Positions 1 through 9,855 of a stretch of DNA of 64,000 bases are shown here, piece after piece. Made by a program: the position numbers and the translations under genes. This stretch comes from a virus. Each line of letters begins with the position of its first letter. Within the stretch, counting starts at the first letter, position 1. A model generated the notes under the pieces. The model saw only the letters and a program-made list of their open reading frames with translations, was not told the origin of the DNA and did no database searches. The stretch lies in IMG/VR virus record IMGVR_UViG_3300028027_000001, one strand, 5' to 3'.

Positions 1-434
1 CATTTCGTTTTGTTTTTGATACGATTAAATATGGTTTCAGTTAAATCAGGTACTATATTTGAATCATTTTTTGGTGGAGTAGATAACGCAGTGCGGATTA
101 TTTCACGAAGTTTTTCTTCGTTTGTAGCCGTTTTACGTTCATCTAGTTGTTTTGCTTTGGATATGGCATGACCATATGCTACTTTTTCTGCATCAGCACC
201 ATATTTTTTAAATAACATGTCTCGCTTGTCGGCGATCATTGATTTAAATATAGCTACTGCTTTTTTGGATACTTCGGGAGATAGACCTTCGGTTAATGAT
301 TCGTTTTTTTCAGCAGCATATAGTGCACGTAAATGTGCTTTAGCTAATTCTACAGAATCAGAAACCCCAACGGATTTTAATTTTCCGTTGGGTAATTCTT
401 TGTATACAGTTTTTCCGATTCTTTTGTAAGGCAT
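1..434 (-). CDS. hypothetical protein, runs off window edge (MPYKRIGKTVYKKLPNGK...)
   Basis: Manually translated open frame from ATG at 434 to the window start; absent from the ORF track. Confidence 0.75.
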   Translation of the reverse strand, partial: MPYKRIGKTVYKELPNGKLKSVGVSDSVELAKAHLRALYAAEKNESLTEGLSPEVSKKAVAIFKSMIADKRDMLFKKYGADAEKVAYGHAISKAKQLDERKTATNEEKLREIIRTALSTPPKNDSNIVPDLTETIFNRIKNKTK

Positions 435-435
435 A

Positions 436-609
436 TTAGTTTGCTTTGTCTTCTGCAGTAGATGTACGTTTGAAGTCAGCTGCTAATTTTTTAATTACGT
501 TTGCTACACTACGAGCTCTACTACGAGATACTTTTGTTGTTTTTGTGTGTTCTGCTTTCAAAACTTCTACAGCCGCAACTAATGCGTCTAGGATTTCTGT
601 TGTGTTCAT
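436..609 (-). CDS. histone H1-like (Hc1-family) small basic DNA-binding protein, 57 aa
   Basis: Manual translation MNTTEILDALVAAVEVLKAEHTKTTKVSRSRARSVANVIKKLAADFKRTSTAEDKAN; K..R.RAR....IKKL...FKR.S pattern resembles Bacteroidota Hc1-like proteins. Confidence 0.65.
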   Translation of the reverse strand: MNTTEILDALVAAVEVLKAEHTKTTKVSRSRARSVANVIKKLAADFKRTSTAEDKAN

Positions 610-632
610 AGATTTTATTATTTATTTGTTTA

Positions 633-1430
633 TTATTGTGCCATTGATTGATCAATAGCGAATTTAAGTGTGTTTAAGATTTGAGTAGTTAATTTCTCAT
701 TACCCATTGCTTTAGCAGCATCCAATGACGTCATTAAATGGTTAATTAATTCTTTAGCGTCACCGGTTGCACCAGCAGCAGCAGCGCTTAATTCGTCTTC
801 AGGAGCATCTATTTCTGTATCCATTTCCATATCTGGGTCTAGGTCAGCGTCGTCAACTGGGAGGTCTTCTTCTTTGTCTTTTTTAGCTTCGTATAGCTCA
901 TCTTCGTCTTCAGCATCAATGTCGAAAAAATATTCGTCAGCATCGCTACCGTCCCATTCTTCATCTTCGAATTCATCTTCGATTTTATTATTTCCACCCA
1001 ATTCAGCTAATACCATTTCGCGAATTTTAGAACGTAATATGTTTTCATTTAACCCATTACTGTGTTCAATATCTGACATATTCATTAATGTCTTGAGAAA
1101 AGTAATATCACCTCTATTATAATCGGGGTTGTTGGAAATTTGTTCCATTTCCTCTGGGCCAAATCCATATCTATATGATTCGTTGAACCCAATTGTATTG
1201 ATTAATCTTGTATATTTTTCAGCTGCTTCTCTGCCTAAAATACTGCCTATGGTTCTTGCTGCATTTTTAATATTTTTTTGTTCATCAGCATCATGGGAAT
1301 CTAATCCATATTCATTAATTCTTCCAGGGTTTTTTTCCGTGTTTTCGTTTAATTTACGGAAAATAGGGTTCATATTTTCAATAGATTTGCTCTCTACTAA
1401 AAATTTACGTAAGTCAAAGTTATCGCTCAT
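633..1430 (-). CDS. acidic putative head-internal/scaffold-like protein
   Basis: Very acidic middle region; repeated (L/I/F)-x-E sites (FLVE, KLNE, RINE, GLNE, VLAE); late-type motif upstream. Confidence 0.5.
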   Translation of the reverse strand: MSDNFDLRKFLVESKSIENMNPIFRKLNENTEKNPGRINEYGLDSHDADEQKNIKNAARTIGSILGREAAEKYTRLINTIGFNESYRYGFGPEEMEQISNNPDYNRGDITFLKTLMNMSDIEHSNGLNENILRSKIREMVLAELGGNNKIEDEFEDEEWDGSDADEYFFDIDAEDEDELYEAKKDKEEDLPVDDADLDPDMEMDTEIDAPEDELSAAAAGATGDAKELINHLMTSLDAAKAMGNEKLTTQILNTLKFAIDQSMAQ

Positions 1431-1467
1431 TGTTTATGTTTTCGGTATAAATATATGTGAGTATGTG

Positions 1468-1680
1468 TTATTTGTGGTTTTGTTTAAGTATCGCTAATGT
1501 TTGTGTAACTTGTTCACGTAACGCTTGAGCATCAAATGGTACTTCGTTTTCGTTTACATTTTCTAAATCCATCAAAATCGAATCTAATCTGCCATATATT
1601 TTTTCAGGTAAGGTTAATTCAAGTGGGGATTCGTTTAAGTATTGGTTTTTGAACCATTTATGTGCGTCAAATTCACTCAT
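1468..1680 (-). CDS. hypothetical protein
   Basis: ORF coupled to neighbours; N-terminus ends ...YLNE. Confidence 0.65.
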   Translation of the reverse strand: MSEFDAHKWFKNQYLNESPLELTLPEKIYGRLDSILMDLENVNENEVPFDAQALREQVTQTLAILKQNHK

Positions 1681-2254
1681 TAGTATTTGGTTTACGTTTT
1701 AAACTATTTAAATATTCGATTGATTCTTGCATAGATTGAGCAACACGGTCCTTGTCTATACCACCAACCCATTTCTGGATGTCACCAGCTTCGGTAATAT
1801 ATCCTTCATTACTTTCGGATAGGGCATCTTGCATATATGCTTTGTAGTCTTCGATGTATCCGTCTATTTCTTGATTATATGCTTCGGTTACATAGTCGTC
1901 CCACTTGCCTTCTAATTTGAGTTTGGTTTCAAATTCAGTACGACAGTCTAAACATGAACCGTATGACTTGTAGTAATGTGGGTCCAACTGTTTATCCATT
2001 ACTTGCTTACATGATGGACAAAATAATGGGACTGCTACTTTTTTGAATTTGTCTAGTTTGGTGATATTTTCACGGATGCCATCTCTAATAGTCCATTTTT
2101 TCCCATCTTCTACCCACACATCACCTTCAACATGGTCTTCTTGTGTTTTTGTGTAACCTACACCGTGAGTGATGCGATCACCACTTTTACCTTTTACTAA
2201 ATTACGAATACGTTGTACGTCTCGTTCATTGAATTGTTTCTTTAGTACTGACAT
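1673..2254 (-). CDS. hypothetical protein with C4 zinc finger
   Basis: CPSC...CLDC motif. Confidence 0.7.
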   Translation of the reverse strand: MSVLKKQFNERDVQRIRNLVKGKSGDRITHGVGYTKTQEDHVEGDVWVEDGKKWTIRDGIRENITKLDKFKKVAVPLFCPSCKQVMDKQLDPHYYKSYGSCLDCRTEFETKLKLEGKWDDYVTEAYNQEIDGYIEDYKAYMQDALSESNEGYITEAGDIQKWVGGIDKDRVAQSMQESIEYLNSLKRKPNTNE

Positions 2255-2793
2255 TATAACCCGAGTTGTTTAAGTTGTTGTATTGTGTCTGCGGCGCTAA
2301 TGTGGTGGATACCTACTCCACCTTTTGCTCTCCAGTCGTCGATAGTTGCTTTTCTATCATCGATAAGTATACGGTTTTTACGTGAATATTCTGCTTTAGT
2401 AGCAGCTGACTTGAAGTATAGTTTTTTAACGTTGTCCAAATTAGTAGTAACCCACAACATTTTTCCTTCTTTTGATTCTGGGTTAAATGTAGGTGCTGTT
2501 AAAATGTATGGGGTGTACTTTTTAATATAATCCCATAGTTGTTTTCCGTCAGACATCCATTCAAGTTCCGACCAGTATTTGAATTCGGATGTGTCTTTAT
2601 TCTTGATTGAATCGTTGAATGTTTTCCAAAAATCTTTCTTAACTTGTACGTCTGCGTGGTGAGTATGCTTACCTGTTAATTGGTAATAACCTTTGTCGAA
2701 GTCGACCAAAACGCCATCCAAATCTGCAAATATCACATATTTAGGGTGTTCATCCTCTTTAATTAGTTTATACAGGTCTAGTAATGTCTTCAT
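2254..2793 (-). CDS. HAD-superfamily 5'(3')-deoxyribonucleotidase-like phosphatase
   Basis: Motif I DLDGVLVDF, ILTAP, K..W, motif IV LIDDR. Confidence 0.85.
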   Translation of the reverse strand: MKTLLDLYKLIKEDEHPKYVIFADLDGVLVDFDKGYYQLTGKHTHHADVQVKKDFWKTFNDSIKNKDTSEFKYWSELEWMSDGKQLWDYIKKYTPYILTAPTFNPESKEGKMLWVTTNLDNVKKLYFKSAATKAEYSRKNRILIDDRKATIDDWRAKGGVGIHHISAADTIQQLKQLGL

Positions 2794-2797
2794 TTTA

Positions 2798-3472
2798 TTA
2801 AATTATGTTGTTTTTTTTAGATCTATTATCCGATTTATATAATGGTTGGGTATTGATATAATTGAATGCGGTGAATATATTTTTTTCTAAAGTCAAATCA
2901 AATTTAGATAGAGGAATTATATGATCTATTTCCCAAACATCTCCGTGATTTTCCCAAGTCATACCATCTAAAAATTGTTGTTCTATATATGATCTATAAT
3001 ATTCTATAGAACACCCCAAATATTGGAGGGATGAGTTGTCTCTATGTATATTTTTTTTAGTTAACATACTATTCATCCTACATCTTAAATTACTTTTTAA
3101 TTTATGATTTATATCAGTACTATATTTGATATTCTCCCAGTTTATTTTATAATCTTTGTTTCGAGAATATTGTTGTTTATACCAATCTTTAGTTTTATTA
3201 TTATTGGATATACATTCTTTGCAATAGTAATATATGCCGTTAATTGTATTTTTATTTTTTACAAAACATTCATTTGGTTTTTCAATATCACACATCAGAC
3301 ATATTCGACTGTTTTCGAATATAGTTTGTTTTTTTTCTTTAAGTGGTGAATATCTTCTTGACTTTTCAACCACACATGGTTTACAATATATATCTAAACC
3401 ATCTGATTTTGATTTATTTTTATTAAAATGGGTTAAATCTTTTTTTAGATTACATTTATAACATGTTTTCAT
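2798..3472 (-). CDS. HNH homing endonuclease with N-terminal CxxC repeats
   Basis: Two CxxC...CxxC units; WEIDHIIPL...NYINTQPL...N.SK HNH motif; own promoter upstream. Confidence 0.85.
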   Translation of the reverse strand: MKTCYKCNLKKDLTHFNKNKSKSDGLDIYCKPCVVEKSRRYSPLKEKKQTIFENSRICLMCDIEKPNECFVKNKNTINGIYYYCKECISNNNKTKDWYKQQYSRNKDYKINWENIKYSTDINHKLKSNLRCRMNSMLTKKNIHRDNSSLQYLGCSIEYYRSYIEQQFLDGMTWENHGDVWEIDHIIPLSKFDLTLEKNIFTAFNYINTQPLYKSDNRSKKNNII

Positions 3473-3513
3473 AACGGTGAATATACGTACCTAAGTTTAA
3501 TTAGGCACGTTTT

Positions 3514-4491
3514 TTATGAATTAGGTAATATGTGGTTTTTGAACTTTCTTAATAATAATCCACCTTGTTCATATGCTTCACGCTCAATTTCAAGTAACTT
3601 TTCATCTTCATGTATATTAGTTGTATTGATGGTTGGTAGGCGATCCTCTAAATTTTGCATATGATGAATATATTCATGACATATTGTAGCTAATACATCA
3701 CGGGGGGAACGGTTAAGAGAATATACGGTTATAGTCAATGTTGAAGGATTATAGTAACCAGTTTTACCAAAGAAATCACTAGCATTTTTAGTGTCGTTAT
3801 CTATTAACTCAACGCGTGGTAATGGTTGCACGTTCATCCCTTCACTAATCATATATTCGTTTAATGATTGAATATAACCTAACAATAATTGACGTGAATC
3901 AGTAGGTTGTTCTATTTCGGTTACTGTGGTTTGTGGGTTAAGTATATTTACTACTTGTTGTTTTTCTTCATCACTCAATATATCTGGGAGGTAGTGTTTA
4001 AATGCTTCATAGTTACCTGATAGTAATGCTTGGCGTGCTTTTGTTCCACTAACATCTGGGTCTCCAGAAAGGACAATGGTTTTAAAATTAGTGTATTTTT
4101 TACCTAGTGAATCAAATCGTTTAATATCGTTTTGGTCTGCTTCTGATCGCATCCCAACTACAGGGAAATAGAAATTTTGTGGATTTTCACCAATTATTTT
4201 ATGTATGTCTATAATAGGTGAATTAGCTTCTGCTATACGAATAGAAACATTTGAAGATAAATGATTTTTATATATTTCCCATATCTCCAAACTTTGATCA
4301 GCAGTTATACCGTCACGTACTTTATGTCCTATTAATACAATTACTTCGTCTATTTCTCCACGTTTTGCTACCTCATTAACTAAATAAAAATGTCCGGATG
4401 TGGGTGGTTTATATCCGCCAGGAATTAATGCTATGGATTTTCCTGGGGTTTCAAGGAATGGTTGGATTAGAGATTCAACTAATTGATTCAT
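3514..4491 (-). CDS. cytidylyltransferase-like (HxGH) nucleotidyltransferase fused to a zincin (HExxH) domain
   Basis: PGGYKPPTSGH and SGTKAR motifs; C-terminal HEYIHHMQ...EREAY. Confidence 0.75.
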   Translation of the reverse strand: MNQLVESLIQPFLETPGKSIALIPGGYKPPTSGHFYLVNEVAKRGEIDEVIVLIGHKVRDGITADQSLEIWEIYKNHLSSNVSIRIAEANSPIIDIHKIIGENPQNFYFPVVGMRSEADQNDIKRFDSLGKKYTNFKTIVLSGDPDVSGTKARQALLSGNYEAFKHYLPDILSDEEKQQVVNILNPQTTVTEIEQPTDSRQLLLGYIQSLNEYMISEGMNVQPLPRVELIDNDTKNASDFFGKTGYYNPSTLTITVYSLNRSPRDVLATICHEYIHHMQNLEDRLPTINTTNIHEDEKLLEIEREAYEQGGLLLRKFKNHILPNS

Positions 4492-5243
4492 GCTAAGAAT
4501 GTGTTTATTTTTTGTTTGGCACTGTCTAATATATCGAATTTTGGTAACGTTTTTACCATTTGCTCTATATCACGATTTAACTGTGCTTTGTTTGCGTCTG
4601 ATTTTGCTTGTTCTTCTGGTGTTTTGGGTTTACCTGTTGCTATTTGATCAAGTAAATATGGTTTTAATAATGCGCTAGAAAACGATTTATTTGCGTCTTT
4701 CGGGTCGTTATTTATTAATATAAAGTTATCGCCAAATTCGCGCGCGTATGTGTCTATATTGCGATTTACATCACGCCATGTTCTCAATACAATACCAGGC
4801 ATTAAACTACGTTCACGTTCTGAATTACGTTGGAGTGAAGTTAATGGGGAAACATAAATCATTAACATTAATGTTGTATATCCAAGTGCCTCGAGTTCCT
4901 GTTTTTTCTTCAGTACTGGGTTGGTTGAGGCTCCTGTCCCATCAATTACTAAGTCTTGCATGTTTTGAATGGTTTGGGATAGTTTATCTTGGGTAACTTT
5001 GCGGGCCTGTGATTGCATTTTGGCTGCTTGTGATAGTTGATCAGGTGTGAAGTTTTTTTGTTTCAGACCTATACCACTAGCTTTCAACATTTCCTCATAT
5101 GTGTCATCTGAATTGATCACAGTTAATGATGGTGGGATAAGTTGCTTAGATATGTATGATTTACCACTGCCTGCAGGGCCAGCTAGGAATATAGCGTGTG
5201 GTTTATTTTGTATTTCTTTAAGTAATTGTATGAGACTAATCAT
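4488..5243 (-). CDS. P-loop kinase (AAA_33/zeta-toxin-like)
   Basis: LAGPAGSGKS Walker A, INSDD, VIDGT, RNSER lid. Confidence 0.8.
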   Translation of the reverse strand: MISLIQLLKEIQNKPHAIFLAGPAGSGKSYISKQLIPPSLTVINSDDTYEEMLKASGIGLKQKNFTPDQLSQAAKMQSQARKVTQDKLSQTIQNMQDLVIDGTGASTNPVLKKKQELEALGYTTLMLMIYVSPLTSLQRNSERERSLMPGIVLRTWRDVNRNIDTYAREFGDNFILINNDPKDANKSFSSALLKPYLLDQIATGKPKTPEEQAKSDANKAQLNRDIEQMVKTLPKFDILDSAKQKINTFLA

Positions 5244-5254
5244 GACTATACATA

Positions 5255-6022
5255 TTACAATTTACGTTTAACTGTGGTTTTAAATTCGGTGAATGCTGGT
5301 TTATGTGTTGGGTTTTCGATGTCAAATATGCGTTTCACGTTTTTGAATATGTCGATATTTTCCTCAAATGTGCGAGTCGATTCAACTATTTCCCAACCTT
5401 TACCCTGCAATTTGTCCGCGTTTGGTTTACGTTTGCTGGATTTTAGCCATAATATACCACATCTATCGATTGGTTTATGGAAACATTCAGTGTAACATTG
5501 AGCATATACCGCTGTTTGTAAATCATAGGTTGTGTGTAAATGGTTGGATGTTTTTAAATCAAGTACCCAACGTTCACCATTCAATTCAATAATCAAATCG
5601 CACGTGCCTGCTACTTTCAATTCGTCTGAAAATAGGTGCACTTCGGCTTCAATTAATGTTGGATGGTGAGTTTCCCAAAAATCAACAAATCTTAATAACA
5701 TTTCCCAAACATCGGGACTACATAGTGGTTGCCCGGATGGGGAAAGAAAATGTAGCTCTTCACCATTTAAATACGCCTCAGCCATTTCGTGTACTTGCGT
5801 ACCTTCTTCTGCTGCTTTTTTAACTATATATTCCGAAGCAAACCCAACTTGTTTCAACCATTTTTCGAAATGTGGTCCTTTTGGATATGAATTTAATACA
5901 TAAGTAATACTTGGGTAATAATGTCCGTTACGGCGGTAATAACGTGAATCGGGAAGGGTGATTTGTTGAGCATCATCAGATATCTCTAAAATGCGATTAT
6001 ACGATCTTTTAATTTTACTCAT
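5255..6022 (-). CDS. PD-(D/E)XK family exonuclease
   Basis: YPSIT..L, GT.VH...E, AGTCDL, LDLKTS, Q..VYA motifs. Confidence 0.85.
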   Translation of the reverse strand: MSKIKRSYNRILEISDDAQQITLPDSRYYRRNGHYYPSITYVLNSYPKGPHFEKWLKQVGFASEYIVKKAAEEGTQVHEMAEAYLNGEELHFLSPSGQPLCSPDVWEMLLRFVDFWETHHPTLIEAEVHLFSDELKVAGTCDLIIELNGERWVLDLKTSNHLHTTYDLQTAVYAQCYTECFHKPIDRCGILWLKSSKRKPNADKLQGKGWEIVESTRTFEENIDIFKNVKRIFDIENPTHKPAFTEFKTTVKRKL

Positions 6023-6945
6023 ATGAGTTGTAGTTTATGTTCCATTAATCTATATTGAGTTAATGGTTGGGTTGTTTGTATTAATTTAGTGAATGTTTCA
6101 AAACCCAGCTCTGAAGGGTCTTTACCACTTAATTCAACTAAATATACTTCTTTGCCTATATTGAGTAGTTCTTCACAGAACTCAATTGCCTTTTTAATTG
6201 CATCTTTGTCTAATGCAATATACACTTTTTGTACACGGGATTCAACCAATTTTTTCATTAGTTGTGGTTGAATATTTTTTCCCAATAATGGAATCACGTT
6301 ACGTTTAATAGCGATAGCATCAAATGGTCCCTCACATAAAATGATAGGTAAATCCCAGTTGATAAACATTTCAAATGCTATTATATCACGCGATACCATT
6401 GGATTACGGTATTTAACATAAGGTTCATGTTCAAACGATCGTGCAGTAAAATAGTTGAGTTTACCATTACCATCATATGAAGGTATAACTACCATATTAT
6501 TATATAAACCACCTTCACAATATCCAATACCATATTTAAGTATATCTTGTGGAGTTAAACCACGTGATTTTAAATAACGATATGCATGTCTTGCTACACG
6601 TGAGTTATTGTCTATGAATGACTTATATTCTTTTGGTAATTCGAGAAATATTGTTTGAGTTTGATTAGATTCGAAATACGTTGATTTAACGTGTTTACTT
6701 AATTCACTCATATGTTCCGGTGAAACATTAATTCGCTTAAATAAACTACGCACTGTTTGACCCTTAACACCACACGCCCAACATGCCCACCTGTGTTTTC
6801 CTTCGGAGTTTTCTAGTAATTGTATTTCTAATTTAGGTTTTGGGTGATGACATAACGGGCAGTGATAGGCAATATTACCACGTGATGTACGTTTACCTTG
6901 CCCTAGTACCGAATTTACCAAATTAACTAATAACTCATTTACCAT
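6019..6945 (-). CDS. DNA primase (zinc finger plus TOPRIM)
   Basis: CPLC..H...CWAC zinc ribbon, YLKSRGL, CEGPFD, LDKDA. Confidence 0.9.
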   Translation of the reverse strand: MVNELLVNLVNSVLGQGKRTSRGNIAYHCPLCHHPKPKLEIQLLENSEGKHRWACWACGVKGQTVRSLFKRINVSPEHMSELSKHVKSTYFESNQTQTIFLELPKEYKSFIDNNSRVARHAYRYLKSRGLTPQDILKYGIGYCEGGLYNNMVVIPSYDGNGKLNYFTARSFEHEPYVKYRNPMVSRDIIAFEMFINWDLPIILCEGPFDAIAIKRNVIPLLGKNIQPQLMKKLVESRVQKVYIALDKDAIKKAIEFCEELLNIGKEVYLVELSGKDPSELGFETFTKLIQTTQPLTQYRLMEHKLQLI

Positions 6946-6972
6946 AATTGTGAATATACTAATTATGGGTGG

Positions 6973-7413
6973 TTAAGCAAAGTCTTTTGAGTAAAACTTG
7001 GCAAGAATGTTAGTGTTTAGCCATTCGCTGGATTCCAATACACCATATATAAATTGATATTTGGTTTCGTAGTATGTGAGAAGTTTTTTGTTTGGTACGA
7101 GATGAATTATTTCGCGGGTGAATTCGTCGTGTTGTTTGTTTTTGATTGCGAGTTTGATGGAGTCTGCGGAACCATAATACGTTTTCCAATCCGATTCCTT
7201 GGTTATTTGTTTGGTGGTTTTAACACGACCTCGAGTTACAGGTTGTTCGGCTAGTTCCTTTTTTCCAAGTTTTTTGTTGGTTGTATGATATAGGGATTTT
7301 TTACCTAAATAACGTTTACCTGTGGGGGTATGGGTGGTGATATAGATGAACCCAAATATATTATCTGGCATATCTTCTATTGATTGGATTGGAGTATTAT
7401 TATATAACCACAT
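6973..7413 (-). CDS. GIY-YIG family nuclease (Seg-like)
   Basis: GFIY...YLGKK, YYGS, conserved E and terminal N. Confidence 0.7.
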   Translation of the reverse strand: MWLYNNTPIQSIEDMPDNIFGFIYITTHTPTGKRYLGKKSLYHTTNKKLGKKELAEQPVTRGRVKTTKQITKESDWKTYYGSADSIKLAIKNKQHDEFTREIIHLVPNKKLLTYYETKYQFIYGVLESSEWLNTNILAKFYSKDFA

Positions 7414-7791
7414 TTATTTAATTTTAGTTACACCCTCATTGTAGTCGATTGATTTTTCGACATGATTGGGGTCAATTTTATTTAGTATTGCCGCTATAAA
7501 TATCCCAAATTTGGTTAAAGTATGTTGATTTTTATTTTTACCTAACACAGAACTTATAGTTTCATCTATATTACCAAATTGATAACCATTACCGCATATG
7601 GATAAATCGTTCATTACATATTTGAGCAAACCGTTTCCATATTGATCTTTAGCCACGGCTAAATCAAAGTTCCATTTGTTCCATTCCTTCAACCCACCAA
7701 TTTTTAATGATTTTACCGTCCCATACATATAGGCAAAAGGAGCCACTAAGACCTTAAGTATAGTGGCTATTATTAATAATATTAGTCCCAT
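7414..7791 (-). CDS. hypothetical membrane protein
   Basis: N-terminal hydrophobic helix; FGN.DETISSVLGK and D.NH...SI motifs. Confidence 0.7.
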   Translation of the reverse strand: MGLILLIIATILKVLVAPFAYMYGTVKSLKIGGLKEWNKWNFDLAVAKDQYGNGLLKYVMNDLSICGNGYQFGNIDETISSVLGKNKNQHTLTKFGIFIAAILNKIDPNHVEKSIDYNEGVTKIK

Positions 7792-7797
7792 AATATC

Positions 7798-8358
7798 TTA
7801 TGATTCTCCTGGGAGTATATATCCATTTGGTACATCCATAGGTAGTACTGATAATATATATTCGATGCTATCCATAATTCCTACTGGGGATTGGATTGGT
7901 GTTCTTGCTAAAGATAAAAACCAATTATTTGCTGCTAACCATTCAGGTTGTTTGATTTCTCCACCCACTGCTATAGTTCCTTCGGCAACAGCATCACCCT
8001 CATTATAATATTGGAATACTGGGTCGCCATTTTCATTAGTGGTTTCACTTCCTGGAATGGTTTCACCTCCAACTGCTAGTGTTCCTTGTGGGAGGGGTTC
8101 TCCAGTATTATAATATGAAGTTGGACGGTTTGGGACGATATATGATTTGTATCGACGAAGTTCGGGTACTTCTTGACCCAAAGCATTTTTGAATATTTCT
8201 ATATAGTTAACAACAATATTACTATCCATAGATAATGTACTGTCATCTGTAAAACGGAAATATGGAATAAATCCATTTTCCCCGTCATATTTGCGATACA
8301 TAACCATATTATTGTATGGTAAATATGATCCTATTTGTACTTCGTTAATTATTGGCAT
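7798..8358 (-). CDS. hypothetical (tail-fibre-associated) protein
   Basis: Directly follows the fibre gene; internal repeat GT(L/I)AVGGE x2. Confidence 0.6.
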   Translation of the reverse strand: MPIINEVQIGSYLPYNNMVMYRKYDGENGFIPYFRFTDDSTLSMDSNIVVNYIEIFKNALGQEVPELRRYKSYIVPNRPTSYYNTGEPLPQGTLAVGGETIPGSETTNENGDPVFQYYNEGDAVAEGTIAVGGEIKQPEWLAANNWFLSLARTPIQSPVGIMDSIEYILSVLPMDVPNGYILPGES

Positions 8359-8359
8359 T

Positions 8360-9832
8360 TTAATTAAAATTACTAGTTATTATCCATTGTGTTCCTGTAC
8401 TTCTTACGGTAATGCTTAATTTACCATTTAAATTATAAAAAGTAGCAGCATCTATTAATTGGGAAGATGTAGTCATTATTGTCACGGTTCCCCCAGATAC
8501 CATACTTTTTATAACATATGATTTAGTATTACCCACAGCCGTTGGGAGAGTAATATTGTAAGGACCACCCCCAGAAGCTACTATTATATCATCATTAAGT
8601 GTTATAGTATATGATGCAGTTATAGTTTTGATATTCTGGATTAATGATGTTACATTGTTCCACTTACCCCCAGAATAAAAATATAATTTACTATTGGTTG
8701 AATCTATTACTACAGGTAAGGAAAATGATTGAGAGGTGGGTGTACCTATAGGTGCTCCGGCAGTTGATGCTATGTACATAAAACCATCTGTAGAGGATAG
8801 TGGAAGTTGTGTGGGTCCCCCTTGCACTACAGAACCGTTTCCGGTGATTTGAAGTTTTCTATTTGAAGAAGTGTTACCGTTAGTGTGAAATGTTATAGAT
8901 TTGTTAGAATCAGTTCCTATAGAAAGTGCACCACCAGCAACGTAGATATACCCATCATTGGCTCCACCTATATTAAATGATGGATCATTATAGTTGGACC
9001 CATTAATACCCATATCTATATAGTAATTACTATCACTACCATTATTTGCTGTAGCTACTATATCAGTTGAAGCAAATGCACCATTACTTAAGTTTTGAGC
9101 GTTGGTTTGGGCATAATCATTTATATTGTGGTTAACAGATAAAGGGTTATTTGCTATTGCTGCTCCCGCTGGACCTATGGTTAATGATCCGCTCCTGTTA
9201 TTGCCTTTAGTATTATTAGTTTCCAACCAATTAAGATACCCAAAAGCACTAGTAGCAAATGATCCTGGGGTTTGTCCTCTAAATTGGATATCTCCTTGGG
9301 TTCCTTGTGCAGAACCATTGGAAGTGGGAGTATTAAGTGCATATGATGCTGTAACAGCATACGATGCGGATGGGGATGAGAATGATGATGTTATATTGGA
9401 TATATCGTCAAGAAATATAGGTTCATTGGGTTGAACAAATATATCTCCGGATGATGAATTTGTTGTAAGTACAGTACCTACTTTAATTGTTATAAATGGG
9501 GAAGTGGGTTTATTTTGTGTTAAAGAACCGGAAGTGGTTGAAGATACATATAAACTCCCACCAGGTGTATATGTGGTTGTATTTGTGTTTTTTAATAAAC
9601 CATATGTTATAACATATCCAAACTGTCCATTAGGTATATCATGGGCTACTAATCCTATAAATTTATTTGAATTAGTGGGGTTTGTTTTGGATTGGTCCGA
9701 TATAGATCTTACTACAGATACTTTATCGTCGTATTGTTGAGTTTCGGATATTCTTACTGCTTCTCCTCTTAATAATGGGGTGCCGGTATTGTTGGCAACA
9801 TAAATATATTGTTGTTGAAATGCGTAGCTCAT
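8360..9832 (-). CDS. tail fibre/receptor-binding-like protein
   Basis: G/S/T/N-rich beta-type sequence, SASYAVTASYA motif, fibre-like C-terminus (ITLPTAVG...YVIK); located in the tail module. Confidence 0.7.
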   Translation of the reverse strand: MSYAFQQQYIYVANNTGTPLLRGEAVRISETQQYDDKVSVVRSISDQSKTNPTNSNKFIGLVAHDIPNGQFGYVITYGLLKNTNTTTYTPGGSLYVSSTTSGSLTQNKPTSPFITIKVGTVLTTNSSSGDIFVQPNEPIFLDDISNITSSFSSPSASYAVTASYALNTPTSNGSAQGTQGDIQFRGQTPGSFATSAFGYLNWLETNNTKGNNRSGSLTIGPAGAAIANNPLSVNHNINDYAQTNAQNLSNGAFASTDIVATANNGSDSNYYIDMGINGSNYNDPSFNIGGANDGYIYVAGGALSIGTDSNKSITFHTNGNTSSNRKLQITGNGSVVQGGPTQLPLSSTDGFMYIASTAGAPIGTPTSQSFSLPVVIDSTNSKLYFYSGGKWNNVTSLIQNIKTITASYTITLNDDIIVASGGGPYNITLPTAVGNTKSYVIKSMVSGGTVTIMTTSSQLIDAATFYNLNGKLSITVRSTGTQWIITSNFN

Positions 9833-9855
9833 TAAATTTTATTTTATTATAAATA

